The notes beneath the pieces are model-generated. The model saw nothing but the letters and a program-made list of their open reading frames with translations. It was not told the DNA's origin and did no database searches. From a virus (Duplodnaviria; Caudoviricetes): a DNA stretch of 64,000 nt. A program made the translations under genes and the position numbers. The stretch lies in the IMG/VR virus record IMGVR_UViG_3300011008_000071, positions 1 to 64,000 of that record; one strand, given 5' to 3'. Shown piece by piece: positions 41,282 through 52,719 of this stretch (positions are counted from its first letter, which is position 1; each line of letters opens with the position of its first letter).

Positions 41282-44200
41282 TTACGGTTTAGCTAACTTC
41301 ATAATTCCCTTCATGGAATTCGTATTAGCTCCTTTAGACAGCGTCTTGTGGGTCTGTGCTTTAGACGCTGCAGACAATGTTGCTCTTAGATCTTTATCTA
41401 CACCGAAATCTTTTGTATTCAGTGTTGCAAGCTGATCGTTGGATTCTGCCGTATTACCAGCTATTGCGTATAGATACTGACCAAGAATTCCCATCATCTT
41501 CAATACTTCTGTCAAGTCTGTACCATTGTTGGTATTCGTTGTCGAAGTATTTGTTACGGTATATGGAGTAGCCCGAGGCGTATCGGGAGTTACGGTAGGT
41601 ATTGTGGATATAACGGAACCAGGCTCAGTGTTAGGACCACCGATTCTTGGACTAGCAGACTTGTAGTTGCCAGATACAATGGATGATCCTCCACCCTTAC
41701 CTTCAGAAGCAAGCGTATTCTGTACATCAGCGACATAGTCCGGAATTTGGATCTCTCCACCAGATTCCTGCCCACCGCCAATATGCATATGCTTAATAGC
41801 TTTGGAAATATCACCGCCTGTAGCATGGTCATTATTTTCATTGGCATATGCAGCTTCCTCATCTGACAGCAGTCTGCGTTCAGGGACGTCAGGGTATGAA
41901 CCCTTGTATTCATCATATATAGGAATGGCATTCTTTGCTGCCTTAGTGGCCCATTCATGTTGCTCACTATGGCCAGGCATCTCGTATCCAGTATAGAATG
42001 CACGAGCCATTTCTGCCGGTCCACGATTATCATTGAATAACCGTCTGAGCTTGTTATATGCAGAATCGGTTCGTATTCGTTCATCCATATATGCTAACTG
42101 TGCTCCACCTTCATCCCACGTATGTCCAGGAGCGTCAGACTTAAGCCAGTCAAGATACCGTTTCGTTTCTGCACCGGTAAATCCTACATATCCTAAACCT
42201 GTGTAGTAGTGACCATCGTGTTTGTAAGCATCCTTGAGTATACCAACGTTATTACGTGCATAGAATGGGAATAATCCATTCTGAACGTAATCATCCATCT
42301 GAGATCTATTCTCTGTAATAGTATCATACATAGAGTCATCCCACTTGGATTTGCTTCCGTAGATATCACCTTCGATTGCTCTGGAGCGTACTCCGTTTTC
42401 ACGTTGAATGTTACCGAGTATACCTGCAGCCTGTTCGTCTGTATATCCGAGTGCCTTCAGAGATGCCCATACAGGCTCGATATCACCCATCTCAACGACC
42501 TGAGAACTGATGTCATCTCTCTGCATTGACTGGCACATCTTCAGTGCATATGTACCGCTCTTGCCGGCAACCTTGTAGGGTACAGATACGACTTTGGCCT
42601 TTCCATTGATACCATCTCTACAGCAAGGAATGATTATGTTATACATTCCTGGAGCATTTTCGACTTTGCTATCTACAATTGCTAATGTGTAACTATCGAT
42701 CTTTGTCTTGCTGGTATCAATAGTATTACCATTGATATCCTTCTGCAGGTTTGAAGGAGCTCCGCCTCCAATCCCTCTTAGATATGACTTGATTGCAATG
42801 ATGTCACCGGGTTCGATAGTCGAATCATCTTCCTTGATAATTCCACAGTCTACTACTGACCACTCATATCTCTTGGCATTCGTCTTAACATACTCGAGGA
42901 ACTTTTCAGGCAAGTCTGAATCAACACCTATTTTGCAACCGATCTGATTGAACGCCCATAATACGAATGCAACGTTCCAGTTCTTGTAACGCTTGACGTC
43001 TTTCATCAACGTTCCGCCCTGGTATGTCTTCGTAAGTGTATTGGCCTTCTTCTCATTTTCAATTGCCTGTTGCATCAACTTCTGATGTTCAGGAGTAAGA
43101 ACCTTCATTCCTTGTCCGGAATAGTTGTATGCCTTGAGCTCACCTTCCGAGAGCATATTAAGAACATCTTGGATTCGGAGATCAGACGCGGCCGCAATTC
43201 GATCTTCTGTAAGCCCACCATAGAACCAGTTGTTGTATTTATTGATTCCATTTTCAGGATCTGTAAACCCAACTTCCTTACGTACTACGGCTAACAGGCG
43301 ATCTGCACTTGTCTTCTTTCCTACAGTACCGGTACTTGATCCGGTCACATAACTGTCACCAACTACGGTGTCAGATGTCTTTTCCTTCTTGGAGCCTAAT
43401 AGGCCGCCTGTGATTGCAAACAGGAATTCGTTTCCGAATTCGGTAATTTTGTCAATCAGGTTACCTAATATGCCCTTGTCTTCAGAATCGTCCTGACCTT
43501 CTTCAGCATCCGCGAGACTCTGTGAACCAGAAACACCGGTTGCTGCCATGCCATAATTGATTCCAGAGGAATCCTTGGATGTACTGAAGAACGGCGTAGG
43601 ATCTATTACAGTAGCATCACGTTGACCTGCCGTAGGAACATTACCCTTGTTCATCTGGTAATGTAGATGCACTCCTGATGACATACCGGTTGTACCCATT
43701 TCACCTATCTTGTCACCGACACTAACCTTTGCAGCTTCAAGATCCTCAGGATTACCGGTTTTCTTATATCGCTCATACGCAGCAGCTGCGTTCGTGATAT
43801 TCGATGGAACCGTATTGGGCTTCATATGCATATGACGAACTGTCATTTCTTGACCAGTAGCCGGGTTGGTAGTAAGAATCGAGACGTTGTTACCCGTAGA
43901 TAGGCTAGGATCAATGTTCATACCAGATGCTGTTCTGTTAGCTACAGCGTATGTTACGACACCATCCCATCTGGATACGATGTTGGCTTGTTTCGTGCCA
44001 TCCGTCGGATACATATCAATACCACCATGAGGTTTCTCTTTGGTATATACATCGCCCCATAGTCCGCCGTATCCAAGAGATACAGAAACTTCCTTATCGG
44101 TCGGGTTTCCGCCGGGTTGTTTGCTCTTCTCTTCTTCGAGATTTCTCTGGTTGGCATCATATGTAACACCATTCTCGTCAGCTCGAATGTTTGAAGGAGC

Positions 44201-47200
44201 ACCATTGGCAATCTCATGATCTTCACCACCAATTGGTTCTCCTGCTTCTCTTGCATCTTCATCTGGGCCACCAAACGGTTTCCAGTTACCACTCCACAGA
44301 TCGTCCCACCAGTTGGATTTCTTGACAGCAACGGCCCTAGTATCAAGCTTGCCAGTAAGAATAGGATTTACTGTGCTCGATGATGTCATAGCCATTCCTG
44401 TCTTATTTAAGCTACCGAAGATTTCTCTCTTGGTTACTGTTTCATCTCCTGATGTAGGTGTAGAGAAATTGATGTGAGACAGTGCTTGCGCAATGGCTGC
44501 ACCAACAGTACCGAGTGTTTCGGATATTCGTTTCGGAATCTCCTCGATGAGAGCTTGACCAACACCAACAGCAGTTGAATGCATGTAATCAGACAGATCT
44601 GTGATCTGCTTCTTGGTTTCATCAATCTTCTCATGTGATAACTCATCTGATACTCGAAGTGCTTCATCCTCTTCACCATCAACACCAAAGTGGAGATCGT
44701 GGTATATAGAAGCAACACCTGTTTCAATTCGACCGAGGTCATCATGTGTTGTTGCGGAAACGTATGGATGCAGATCATTCCATATGGAAGCCACACCGTT
44801 TTCAATACGTCCAAGAGCATCTTGAGTTCCCTGGTCATGAGTATATATGGATCCGACTTCAAGACCTGCTTTGATAAGTTCGTCCATACCGGAATTAGAA
44901 AGTTGATCTGAAATTCCTTCAATGGAAGCTGTAGTTCCTTCTGTAGCAGTACCGAGGTTCTGAAGTAATCCTGTAACACTACCGAGATCAATATCGCCAA
45001 AGATATTGTCGAAAAGGCTTCCGTCAGATTCTTCAGATACATCCATGCCACCGCCGATTGGTTCAGAACCATCCGGGCTCATACCAGGACCCAATGCCTC
45101 ATAGTCAGCAATTGCTTTATTGAGATCAAATTGCTGCCAACTATTGGTATCAGCATTATGATAATATGCAGTACCGTCTTCACCAAATGCTACAGGCAAA
45201 CCGAATAGACTAGCATTGCCCTGCTCATCGTACTGGATGTAATCCATCGGGTTTCCGCCTTCGCCGGTGTAATTTTCACTGGTACCACCAACGGGGGCGT
45301 TATTGGCAGTGGTATTCTTTGTATTGAACTGGATTGTCTGAACATTGCCCTTATCGATTGAGCCATCTTCATTTTCTTTCCAAACACCTTCTTGCACGGC
45401 TTTACGTGTATTCATTGAAGCGAAAGCAATTAACCTGGCAGCATTATATTTCATGCCGTCCAGTTCAACTTCTGCACCAGAATCCCATAGTTCTTTGAGA
45501 CTCATTTCTTGCATTGCCTTCGGAAGCATTTGGTTTACTTCATATGCAGTCGGGAAGTCCTTCTGAACTTTCCATTTCGCCTCATCTTCCTCAGTAGGCA
45601 TCCATGGGTAGTCTCTACTCAATCCTTCGGATCTACTCATATCCAGTAAAGCAGCAGCAGTATTGTCTATAGAAAGATTCGATGGGGTGGAACCATTCTT
45701 GATCTTACCATTTTCATCAAGTGTTTGACTATCACCTTTGATGATTTTACCATCTTTATCTTCTTTCCATATTCCCTGTTGAACTGCCAATCTGGTATTC
45801 ATTGAAGCGAAAGCAATATTCTGTGCCCATTGATACTCTTCAGAACCTGAATTAGCAAACTCTGTTAATCCAAGTTCATCAAGCTTCTTCTTCAAATCTT
45901 CAGGCATTGCATTGTATACTTCCGATGCAGTACCCCAGTCTGCTTGAACCGTCCAGTCTGCTTCATCCTGTTCAGATGGCATAAATGACATTGCTTTCTT
46001 CAGAGCTTCATTTCGTTTCTGTGTTTCTCCGAATTCACCACCTGTAAGGACATTCGTTATTCCGTAACCCAGAGTTCCTTCTTTAAGTTTACGATTTCCG
46101 GCACTGTCAATGGAATTCATGACATCATATTTGTCATCCGCTCCACCTGCTTTACCCCACCAGAGTTCATCCAGCCAATTATCATTGTTGATAAGATCGT
46201 TGAATTCCTGACGGTTAAGATTGGTACCGAACTTCTTATTGTAGTAAGCAGTAGTGTCATCAAATTTCTGACGTTTCTTATCAAGAACTTGGGTATCTCC
46301 GCCAAGTATACTATATACAAGATCTGCTAACCACTGTGTCGGACCCGTTGCTCCGAATCCATTCATTACAGCATCGAGTGCATACCAGAAGATCATACCT
46401 AATCCGATACCTGGAGCCATATCACAGGCGCCAAGAACCGTCTTAACGATTTGAGAAGCTTCATACATCTTCTCATCAGCCTGGTATGGTAAAACGCCGA
46501 AAAGATATTCGCAACCGATTGTACCATTTACGAATCCATTAAGTGCACCGATGCCTATTGCGAGACCAACTGTTGCACCAGCTGAAAGCTGTTTAAGTCC
46601 TTGCTCTCCGGTTTTCTCGGCAGCCTTAGTTCCGACTTTCTGAGCAACTTTTTCTGTCAGATTCGTATTTAATACTTTCTGAATAGCACCGAGTTTACTT
46701 GTAAACTTCTCTGCAATATTCGGGAATTTCTCTGCGAGGAACTTACCAAACTTCTGAATTGCTCCCCAGATCTTAGAGAAGATATTCTTCTTCCCCATCA
46801 TATTTTTAGCAGCTTCAGTCGTCATATAAGCGGATGTAACCGTATTAGCGGCATTTCCAACCTTGGCAGCAGTTTCTTCGTCGGCACCAAGAGATTTTGC
46901 AACGGAGCTACCTATACCACCGGCAGCACTTCCTGCAAGATATGTTACACCAGCAAAAGCAACCTGTTTACCGGCTTGCTTAATAAGGCTACTGCCTGCA
47001 CCCTTTACTTGCTCTTGAGACTTCTCATGAGAAGCATTTGCTTTCTCCTGCATAGCCTTCGATTTATCATCATATCTGATATAATCATCTGCATACTTGT
47101 TAGCAATTGATGCTTCAGTTTCACTGAATGCTCCCCCGCTCTTCGACTTTGCGTCCCAGTAGTTATATTCATCCAATGCCATCTGTGCTTTATTAGCATA

Positions 47201-50200
47201 GCTTCTAGCATTCGCGGCTTGAATATCACCGACCACATCATTGCCCCATGCCTTTGTCATTTGCAACTTTGCAGGAGCCATCCAAAGTTCATTCTTTGCA
47301 TGTGTTGCGTATGCATTGCGTATTTCCTGTCCACCAGCCGTTGTATTAACGTGATACAGATTAGTGCCAGGAAGCGCTGCAGAGGCCAGGCTTTGAGATC
47401 CTGTATCGGCACCTACTAAGTTGAGCATTGCATTTGCTCCACTCTTTGTTGGATCTGGAGAATCCCAATTGAAGATATTTTTCAAAAAGCCAGAGAGATT
47501 GGTTCCTATAGTAGATACGATATTCTTTAAGTCTGCAAGGAAATTTCCTGAACCGAGGAAATTATGTAATGCAATCAAGCCTGTAAGAATACCGGCTATT
47601 GGTAGCAATGCCGAAAGAATTCCGTTACCGCCAAATAGTCCACTCAATAAGCTTGATCCAATACCAAGAATCTTGTCCCAGATAGTCTCCTTCTTCTCTT
47701 CAGCCTTGTCATGGTCTTCAATCTGCATACGGTTTGCTTCCTTCAAGTCTCTTGCAAGAACTTGAGTGGATTTGTTCTCATCAGTAGCATCATTGATCGC
47801 CTTGTTGTTAATGGTATTCTCACGCTCGGAATATTCGCCTTGCATCATCGAAGACTGCATGCCTGCAAGGATATTGCCCTTCATGGCATTTTCTCTATCC
47901 TTATCAGCATTCTCCATGAGTGTTTCTGCAAGACCTTCAATTTCCTGAGATTCCGTATCATGTATATCGGGAGATCCAAAAGAATCGGAATACATGATTC
48001 CGTAGTCGGAATTCTTATTCATGAAATCCCATTGTTCCTGATAATGTGCAGCAGCGTCATAGTCACCAGACTCAAGAGCTTCATTATACTTATCAAGGAC
48101 ATCATCCATTTCCGGATTCGATTCAGGCACAATGCCTTCGATCTCTTGGGATTCTTCCGTTGTATTATCTCTTTCTTCTCCTTCGAGGATATCGATTATC
48201 TGCTCAAGATACCCATGAACTCCTTCATCGTGAGTATAGATAGAACCTTCTTCAAGGCCTGCCTGAATTAGACTATCAAGACCCTCAGTTCTTTCAAGCA
48301 TTCTATCATCGCGCTCTTCAGCTTCAGAACGTTCTTCGACGATCTCGGCATGTTGTTCATCAAGATCTTCTCTGATCTCTTCAACTATTCCGTCGATTTC
48401 CTGAGTTTGTTCTCCTTGCTGTTCAGCCAGTCTGGTAATCTCTTCATCAATATGCTCTGTATTGGATTCGATATTACCAACAGAACTATTTGTATCCACA
48501 AGGACTTCATGTTCTGCAGTATATTCACTGAACTTCTCATTGAGTTTCCGACGACGTTCTTTATCGGCAGCTTTCCAATCCGCATATGATGCAAATTTAT
48601 CTTCTTTGATTTCACCATTTCTGGCTTTACGTCTTTCACTTAAGCCATCATGAATACGGAATGTTTGCATTGATGCTTTCCATTCCTTCTTCTCGGCATC
48701 AGATAATTTGTCATATGTATCTTTGGTAATCTTCGCCTTCTGTTTATTTACAAAAAGAAGATTGCCCTGGGAATCTGTTTCTTGTCTCTGGCGTTTGCCA
48801 CCGGCAATGATATCCGCAACTCTGTTAAGACCGAAACCAGCAGCACCTGTTACACCGGTAATACCAGCACGTGCTGCACCACCAAGCATGCTCGGGATGC
48901 CTTTGAAGAGCAGTTTGAATGGGGCCATTATGATTTTACCGATACCTTTAAACGGAGCCAGAATCCATCCACCGATCTTCTTGAATACAGGACCGAATAT
49001 AGCCTTAGCTGTAGAGCTAACTCTTTCCTTGATAGCGTATCCTATATCAGATAACGGACCAAGAATATTCTTCTTCAGTTTATTACCAACATGATGGAGG
49101 GTTTTCTGGAATTGGTAACGGATAGGATTTACTATGCCTTTTCCAAGCTTGGTAAATATGCCATCCTTCTTATCGCCCTTCTCTTCACTACCGAAGAAGA
49201 GTCTCTTCAGTCTACCGCCGATATCGGCTTGACCAATTGCATTACCTGCGACGGCACCCATTAACAATCCAATGGGGCCTCCAAGTAAGCCGGCACCGGC
49301 CATTGCCCCGACGGATGCAGTTAAGAACTTCTTCCGCTTACTCTTGATATCACCCTTCTCATTCTTGTCACCATAATCAAAGTAACTGGCAACCTTCTGG
49401 AACCAGTTCTTGCCCTTTGCCTTAATGGGCTCAAATAAGTTGGGCATGTAATCACGGGCAAACCCGAGAAGTCCACCGGACTTCATTATCTCGTTTCCGT
49501 CTTTATCCTTCTTGCCAGTAGCAATCTTAGTATCGGCAACAGTAACCAGATTACCATTCTCATCTTCATACTGATAACCTTTACCAGTGAGCTTATGACG
49601 AAGATAGCCGGTAACATTACCAAACTTCTTATTGACTTTCTTGGCACCGGTCTTAAGTGAGTCCTCACCAAGTTCACGAACATCACGAAGAGAGTGACCT
49701 ATTGCACCAATGATCTTGGATGGATCACCGGAGAAGATTGCTTCCTTCAGTTCCTGGCCAGTGCGTTTACCCCATCCGGCAAGTCTCTGAGAACCAGATT
49801 TCTTCTTAGGCCTCTTCTGTCCGGGATTATCAGGATCATCTTCGTATATAGTATTACCGTCTTCATCCGTTTCATACTCAAGAAGTTTATTAGGATCTTC
49901 TTCTGAAGAACGTTTCATGATTTCAGGCATTAGGGCATTTGAGCCGGCACCGTCCTTTGCTCCTGCTCCTCCTGCCATTGTGGGCCTGTATCTTCCAGGA
50001 GGCTTGAGTCTCTTATCCAGATCATTCTGTTTGTCATCAAACTTATCCTTCTGCTTATCAGAAGCACCAACCTGGAATACATTGAGGCCTCTATGCATTA
50101 GACGGAATATCTCATACAGAGCACGGTTGGTGTAGTTCACACCGGTGAGATCCGAAGAAGTAGCAGGCTGCACAGAAGCAATTTCCTGATCAGAGCTCTT

Positions 50201-51838
50201 CATTTGGAATCCGGACTTCTTAGCAAGTCTCTTAATCTCTTCTTCAGGTTTGAGTTCTGCTCCACTCATATCAACATTATAGAGCTGAGCATTCTTCATA
50301 TACTCTTCACTTGCTCTATTTCTATCGACATTCATTTTCGCAACTTGAGTCGTCAGATCTCTGATGTTTGTCCGGGCATTCGGTCCGGCAAACATTTTTG
50401 CCGTCTCTGTGATCCACTCGTTCTGTCTTTCTTCGATTTCAACCCCAGCACGATTCAGAAGATCTTGAGCGTACTTCTCGAAGTCTTCCTGATTTCTGAA
50501 TGACTCGATTTTTGCTCTACGATCACTCCGTCTGTTATCCGAACCATTGGATGCCGATTGACCAGCTAAGTCGGCCAACATCAAGTCATAGAAGGATTGC
50601 CCATATTGGTCGGCACCGAATATGTTTTGAAGATTCTTGGAAGCATCATGGACATTTCCTCTTCTGAGCATTGCATCCTTATATTCTTCCATCTGATCTT
50701 CCTTGGTGTGGAAGGATCTAGACCTCATATCATAAGTGACATTCTCACCAGATACAGCCTCCAGAATCTTCTGCAGGTAGCCAGGTATCGTAGTAACGAT
50801 TGCTTCCTTCGTAACTGTATCAAACGGGGTTGCCTTGACTTCAAACTTCTGACGACCAACACCTGCTTTGACATTTCGATCTGATTTCAGACCGAACAGT
50901 CTGCCTAGTATTCCCTTCTCACCAAAGTAATCCCCAGCATTGTCTCCAATGTTGATAAGGAGATTCATGATCTCATCGTTAACCATCTTATCGAGACTAC
51001 CAAGGGTCTTCTTCATGTCAGGGAACAACTTGTTGATTCCAACGCTCATTGCTCCAGATATCAATGTTTCCGGAGTAAGAAGCATCTTCAATGTATCACC
51101 CTGCAGGAAAGGTGTTAGTGCACTTAATGAACCAAGAAGAGGATCGTTCTTGATATTCTGCCCAATCATCTTCTTGTAATCATTCAAACTGAATTTTCCT
51201 CTGGAGAGCATATCCCCACCAGAGTCCTTGGAGCCGGAACCTTCCGACACAGCTGCCGCGGTGGCAGCCGTTGTCTTAATTAATGCCTCCTGATTAGCAG
51301 TAACTATTTCAGTTATCTTCGACAGGGATTCATTTAGTGTATTAAATCCAGATGAAATTACAGCAGTCTGACTGTCAAACGCCGATAATATATTTGCAGT
51401 AAGTTGGGTCTGACCCTCAAGCATCTGTTTGGAAGATGCAATTACAGAAGAAGAAACCTGGTTTGCGGATTGAACTGTTTCTGATATTTGCTCTACAGCG
51501 ATTTCTGCAGATGAATCATCTGTGGGAATATCAAAGTTCAGATCCGAGCCATCAAAGCCGTTACCGAAACCATCTTCTTCCTGGAGGTACCAGCTCATGA
51601 CTTTTCTAAGCCCACCCTGTCCCTTAAGGTTCTTGACAGTAGGAGCAATAGACTGAGCCGTACTCTTGAATTTGTTAGTGACTTCCGTTACCGTACTTTT
51701 AGCATCATTCAGAATGGAGCTTGTGGTGGGCATTGTTGCCTTTAGGTAATCGATTGCACCATTTCCAAGATACTTGGCCGTCTGACCAATTATCTTACCA
51801 CCAAGCTTCTGCTTCTGAACTTTGGGTGTAGTAGCCAT
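41282..51838 (-). CDS. Giant tape-measure/lytic tail protein with M23 peptidase, degenerate CHAP-like and tail-lysozyme domains
   Basis: 3518 aa; helical and glycine-zipper regions; M23 motifs HGGID, HMH and GTTGMSSGVHLHY; lysozyme-like LGYTDEQAAGILGNIQRE. Confidence 0.8.
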   Translation of the reverse strand: MATTPKVQKQKLGGKIIGQTAKYLGNGAIDYLKATMPTTSSILNDAKSTVTEVTNKFKSTAQSIAPTVKNLKGQGGLRKVMSWYLQEEDGFGNGFDGSDLNFDIPTDDSSAEIAVEQISETVQSANQVSSSVIASSKQMLEGQTQLTANILSAFDSQTAVISSGFNTLNESLSKITEIVTANQEALIKTTAATAAAVSEGSGSKDSGGDMLSRGKFSLNDYKKMIGQNIKNDPLLGSLSALTPFLQGDTLKMLLTPETLISGAMSVGINKLFPDMKKTLGSLDKMVNDEIMNLLINIGDNAGDYFGEKGILGRLFGLKSDRNVKAGVGRQKFEVKATPFDTVTKEAIVTTIPGYLQKILEAVSGENVTYDMRSRSFHTKEDQMEEYKDAMLRRGNVHDASKNLQNIFGADQYGQSFYDLMLADLAGQSASNGSDNRRSDRRAKIESFRNQEDFEKYAQDLLNRAGVEIEERQNEWITETAKMFAGPNARTNIRDLTTQVAKMNVDRNRASEEYMKNAQLYNVDMSGAELKPEEEIKRLAKKSGFQMKSSDQEIASVQPATSSDLTGVNYTNRALYEIFRLMHRGLNVFQVGASDKQKDKFDDKQNDLDKRLKPPGRYRPTMAGGAGAKDGAGSNALMPEIMKRSSEEDPNKLLEYETDEDGNTIYEDDPDNPGQKRPKKKSGSQRLAGWGKRTGQELKEAIFSGDPSKIIGAIGHSLRDVRELGEDSLKTGAKKVNKKFGNVTGYLRHKLTGKGYQYEDENGNLVTVADTKIATGKKDKDGNEIMKSGGLLGFARDYMPNLFEPIKAKGKNWFQKVASYFDYGDKNEKGDIKSKRKKFLTASVGAMAGAGLLGGPIGLLMGAVAGNAIGQADIGGRLKRLFFGSEEKGDKKDGIFTKLGKGIVNPIRYQFQKTLHHVGNKLKKNILGPLSDIGYAIKERVSSTAKAIFGPVFKKIGGWILAPFKGIGKIIMAPFKLLFKGIPSMLGGAARAGITGVTGAAGFGLNRVADIIAGGKRQRQETDSQGNLLFVNKQKAKITKDTYDKLSDAEKKEWKASMQTFRIHDGLSERRKARNGEIKEDKFASYADWKAADKERRRKLNEKFSEYTAEHEVLVDTNSSVGNIESNTEHIDEEITRLAEQQGEQTQEIDGIVEEIREDLDEQHAEIVEERSEAEERDDRMLERTEGLDSLIQAGLEEGSIYTHDEGVHGYLEQIIDILEGEERDNTTEESQEIEGIVPESNPEMDDVLDKYNEALESGDYDAAAHYQEQWDFMNKNSDYGIMYSDSFGSPDIHDTESQEIEGLAETLMENADKDRENAMKGNILAGMQSSMMQGEYSERENTINNKAINDATDENKSTQVLARDLKEANRMQIEDHDKAEEKKETIWDKILGIGSSLLSGLFGGNGILSALLPIAGILTGLIALHNFLGSGNFLADLKNIVSTIGTNLSGFLKNIFNWDSPDPTKSGANAMLNLVGADTGSQSLASAALPGTNLYHVNTTAGGQEIRNAYATHAKNELWMAPAKLQMTKAWGNDVVGDIQAANARSYANKAQMALDEYNYWDAKSKSGGAFSETEASIANKYADDYIRYDDKSKAMQEKANASHEKSQEQVKGAGSSLIKQAGKQVAFAGVTYLAGSAAGGIGSSVAKSLGADEETAAKVGNAANTVTSAYMTTEAAKNMMGKKNIFSKIWGAIQKFGKFLAEKFPNIAEKFTSKLGAIQKVLNTNLTEKVAQKVGTKAAEKTGEQGLKQLSAGATVGLAIGIGALNGFVNGTIGCEYLFGVLPYQADEKMYEASQIVKTVLGACDMAPGIGLGMIFWYALDAVMNGFGATGPTQWLADLVYSILGGDTQVLDKKRQKFDDTTAYYNKKFGTNLNRQEFNDLINNDNWLDELWWGKAGGADDKYDVMNSIDSAGNRKLKEGTLGYGITNVLTGGEFGETQKRNEALKKAMSFMPSEQDEADWTVQADWGTASEVYNAMPEDLKKKLDELGLTEFANSGSEEYQWAQNIAFASMNTRLAVQQGIWKEDKDGKIIKGDSQTLDENGKIKNGSTPSNLSIDNTAAALLDMSRSEGLSRDYPWMPTEEDEAKWKVQKDFPTAYEVNQMLPKAMQEMSLKELWDSGAEVELDGMKYNAARLIAFASMNTRKAVQEGVWKENEDGSIDKGNVQTIQFNTKNTTANNAPVGGTSENYTGEGGNPMDYIQYDEQGNASLFGLPVAFGEDGTAYYHNADTNSWQQFDLNKAIADYEALGPGMSPDGSEPIGGGMDVSEESDGSLFDNIFGDIDLGSVTGLLQNLGTATEGTTASIEGISDQLSNSGMDELIKAGLEVGSIYTHDQGTQDALGRIENGVASIWNDLHPYVSATTHDDLGRIETGVASIYHDLHFGVDGEEDEALRVSDELSHEKIDETKKQITDLSDYMHSTAVGVGQALIEEIPKRISETLGTVGAAIAQALSHINFSTPTSGDETVTKREIFGSLNKTGMAMTSSSTVNPILTGKLDTRAVAVKKSNWWDDLWSGNWKPFGGPDEDAREAGEPIGGEDHEIANGAPSNIRADENGVTYDANQRNLEEEKSKQPGGNPTDKEVSVSLGYGGLWGDVYTKEKPHGGIDMYPTDGTKQANIVSRWDGVVTYAVANRTASGMNIDPSLSTGNNVSILTTNPATGQEMTVRHMHMKPNTVPSNITNAAAAYERYKKTGNPEDLEAAKVSVGDKIGEMGTTGMSSGVHLHYQMNKGNVPTAGQRDATVIDPTPFFSTSKDSSGINYGMAATGVSGSQSLADAEEGQDDSEDKGILGNLIDKITEFGNEFLFAITGGLLGSKKEKTSDTVVGDSYVTGSSTGTVGKKTSADRLLAVVRKEVGFTDPENGINKYNNWFYGGLTEDRIAAASDLRIQDVLNMLSEGELKAYNYSGQGMKVLTPEHQKLMQQAIENEKKANTLTKTYQGGTLMKDVKRYKNWNVAFVLWAFNQIGCKIGVDSDLPEKFLEYVKTNAKRYEWSVVDCGIIKEDDSTIEPGDIIAIKSYLRGIGGGAPSNLQKDINGNTIDTSKTKIDSYTLAIVDSKVENAPGMYNIIIPCCRDGINGKAKVVSVPYKVAGKSGTYALKMCQSMQRDDISSQVVEMGDIEPVWASLKALGYTDEQAAGILGNIQRENGVRSRAIEGDIYGSKSKWDDSMYDTITENRSQMDDYVQNGLFPFYARNNVGILKDAYKHDGHYYTGLGYVGFTGAETKRYLDWLKSDAPGHTWDEGGAQLAYMDERIRTDSAYNKLRRLFNDNRGPAEMARAFYTGYEMPGHSEQHEWATKAAKNAIPIYDEYKGSYPDVPERRLLSDEEAAYANENNDHATGGDISKAIKHMHIGGGQESGGEIQIPDYVADVQNTLASEGKGGGSSIVSGNYKSASPRIGGPNTEPGSVISTIPTVTPDTPRATPYTVTNTSTTNTNNGTDLTEVLKMMGILGQYLYAIAGNTAESNDQLATLNTKDFGVDKDLRATLSAASKAQTHKTLSKGANTNSMKGIMKLAKP

Positions 51839-51963
51839 GGAATCATCACCATCCTTTTTGATTTAGCTAAATACATTAAATGGTTGGTGAAATGGCCCTT
51901 CGTGTATTAAATATAGAGAAATAATGCAAAAGAAAGCGGGGATATCCCCGCTTTCTTAGTCGC

Positions 51964-52704
51964 TTAATCCGTACGCGAAATATCCCAGAGCAATGCCATA
52001 ACCAATGCATGCCAGGAATCGGACTTTGTTTCTTTGAATATATTTCTGATTGATGCGTCACATATGGGATCTCTATACGAAAGGACGATACCTTCCTTGT
52101 AGCCGGCTAATATTTCATCCCGATCATTATATATGAACATCCTACCGCTTTCATGCCCTATAATCTTATTATCGACGATAATTTTGGCGATCATTCTGGA
52201 TTTTTTGTCTGTAAACTCTATGTAGAAATCACCTGACCTCGGATGTGTAAATCTCATAATAACTTCGCCGTTTCTGAGCTCAGTCAGCCCTCTCTTTTTA
52301 AGTTGAAACTTATCACTGTTTTCGAAGACTTTACGATCGATATATTTCATGAGATCGCCGAGAGTAACGTTATCATAGTTAGGGTCATCAACATATTCAT
52401 CGATAACAGTTATCTTTGTAATTTGAAATTCCTTCTGCATATTAAAGGCAAATAGGTAAAGAGTATCACCACAGTGAAGTACAGGAGTACGGAGATCTAT
52501 ATTCTCAAGCTCAGTGATATTTTTTATGTCGGGCAGTAACTCTTTAACCCATTCTAAAGTTTCGCCGTCACATATTAATGATATAACCGGATCGTTTACA
52601 TTAGTAAATTCAGAATTAACGTCGGCAAGTGTCACAGGCTTTTTAGCAATAGTCGCGTACGGCAATACCATTTCCAGATAAAATTCGTCTCCGAATAAAA
52701 TCAT
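51964..52704 (-). CDS. Hypothetical protein
   Basis: 246-aa ORF with GGAGG RBS. Confidence 0.65.
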   Translation of the reverse strand: MILFGDEFYLEMVLPYATIAKKPVTLADVNSEFTNVNDPVISLICDGETLEWVKELLPDIKNITELENIDLRTPVLHCGDTLYLFAFNMQKEFQITKITVIDEYVDDPNYDNVTLGDLMKYIDRKVFENSDKFQLKKRGLTELRNGEVIMRFTHPRSGDFYIEFTDKKSRMIAKIIVDNKIIGHESGRMFIYNDRDEILAGYKEGIVLSYRDPICDASIRNIFKETKSDSWHALVMALLWDISRTD

Positions 52705-52719
52705 TTCAGTTACCTCCCG

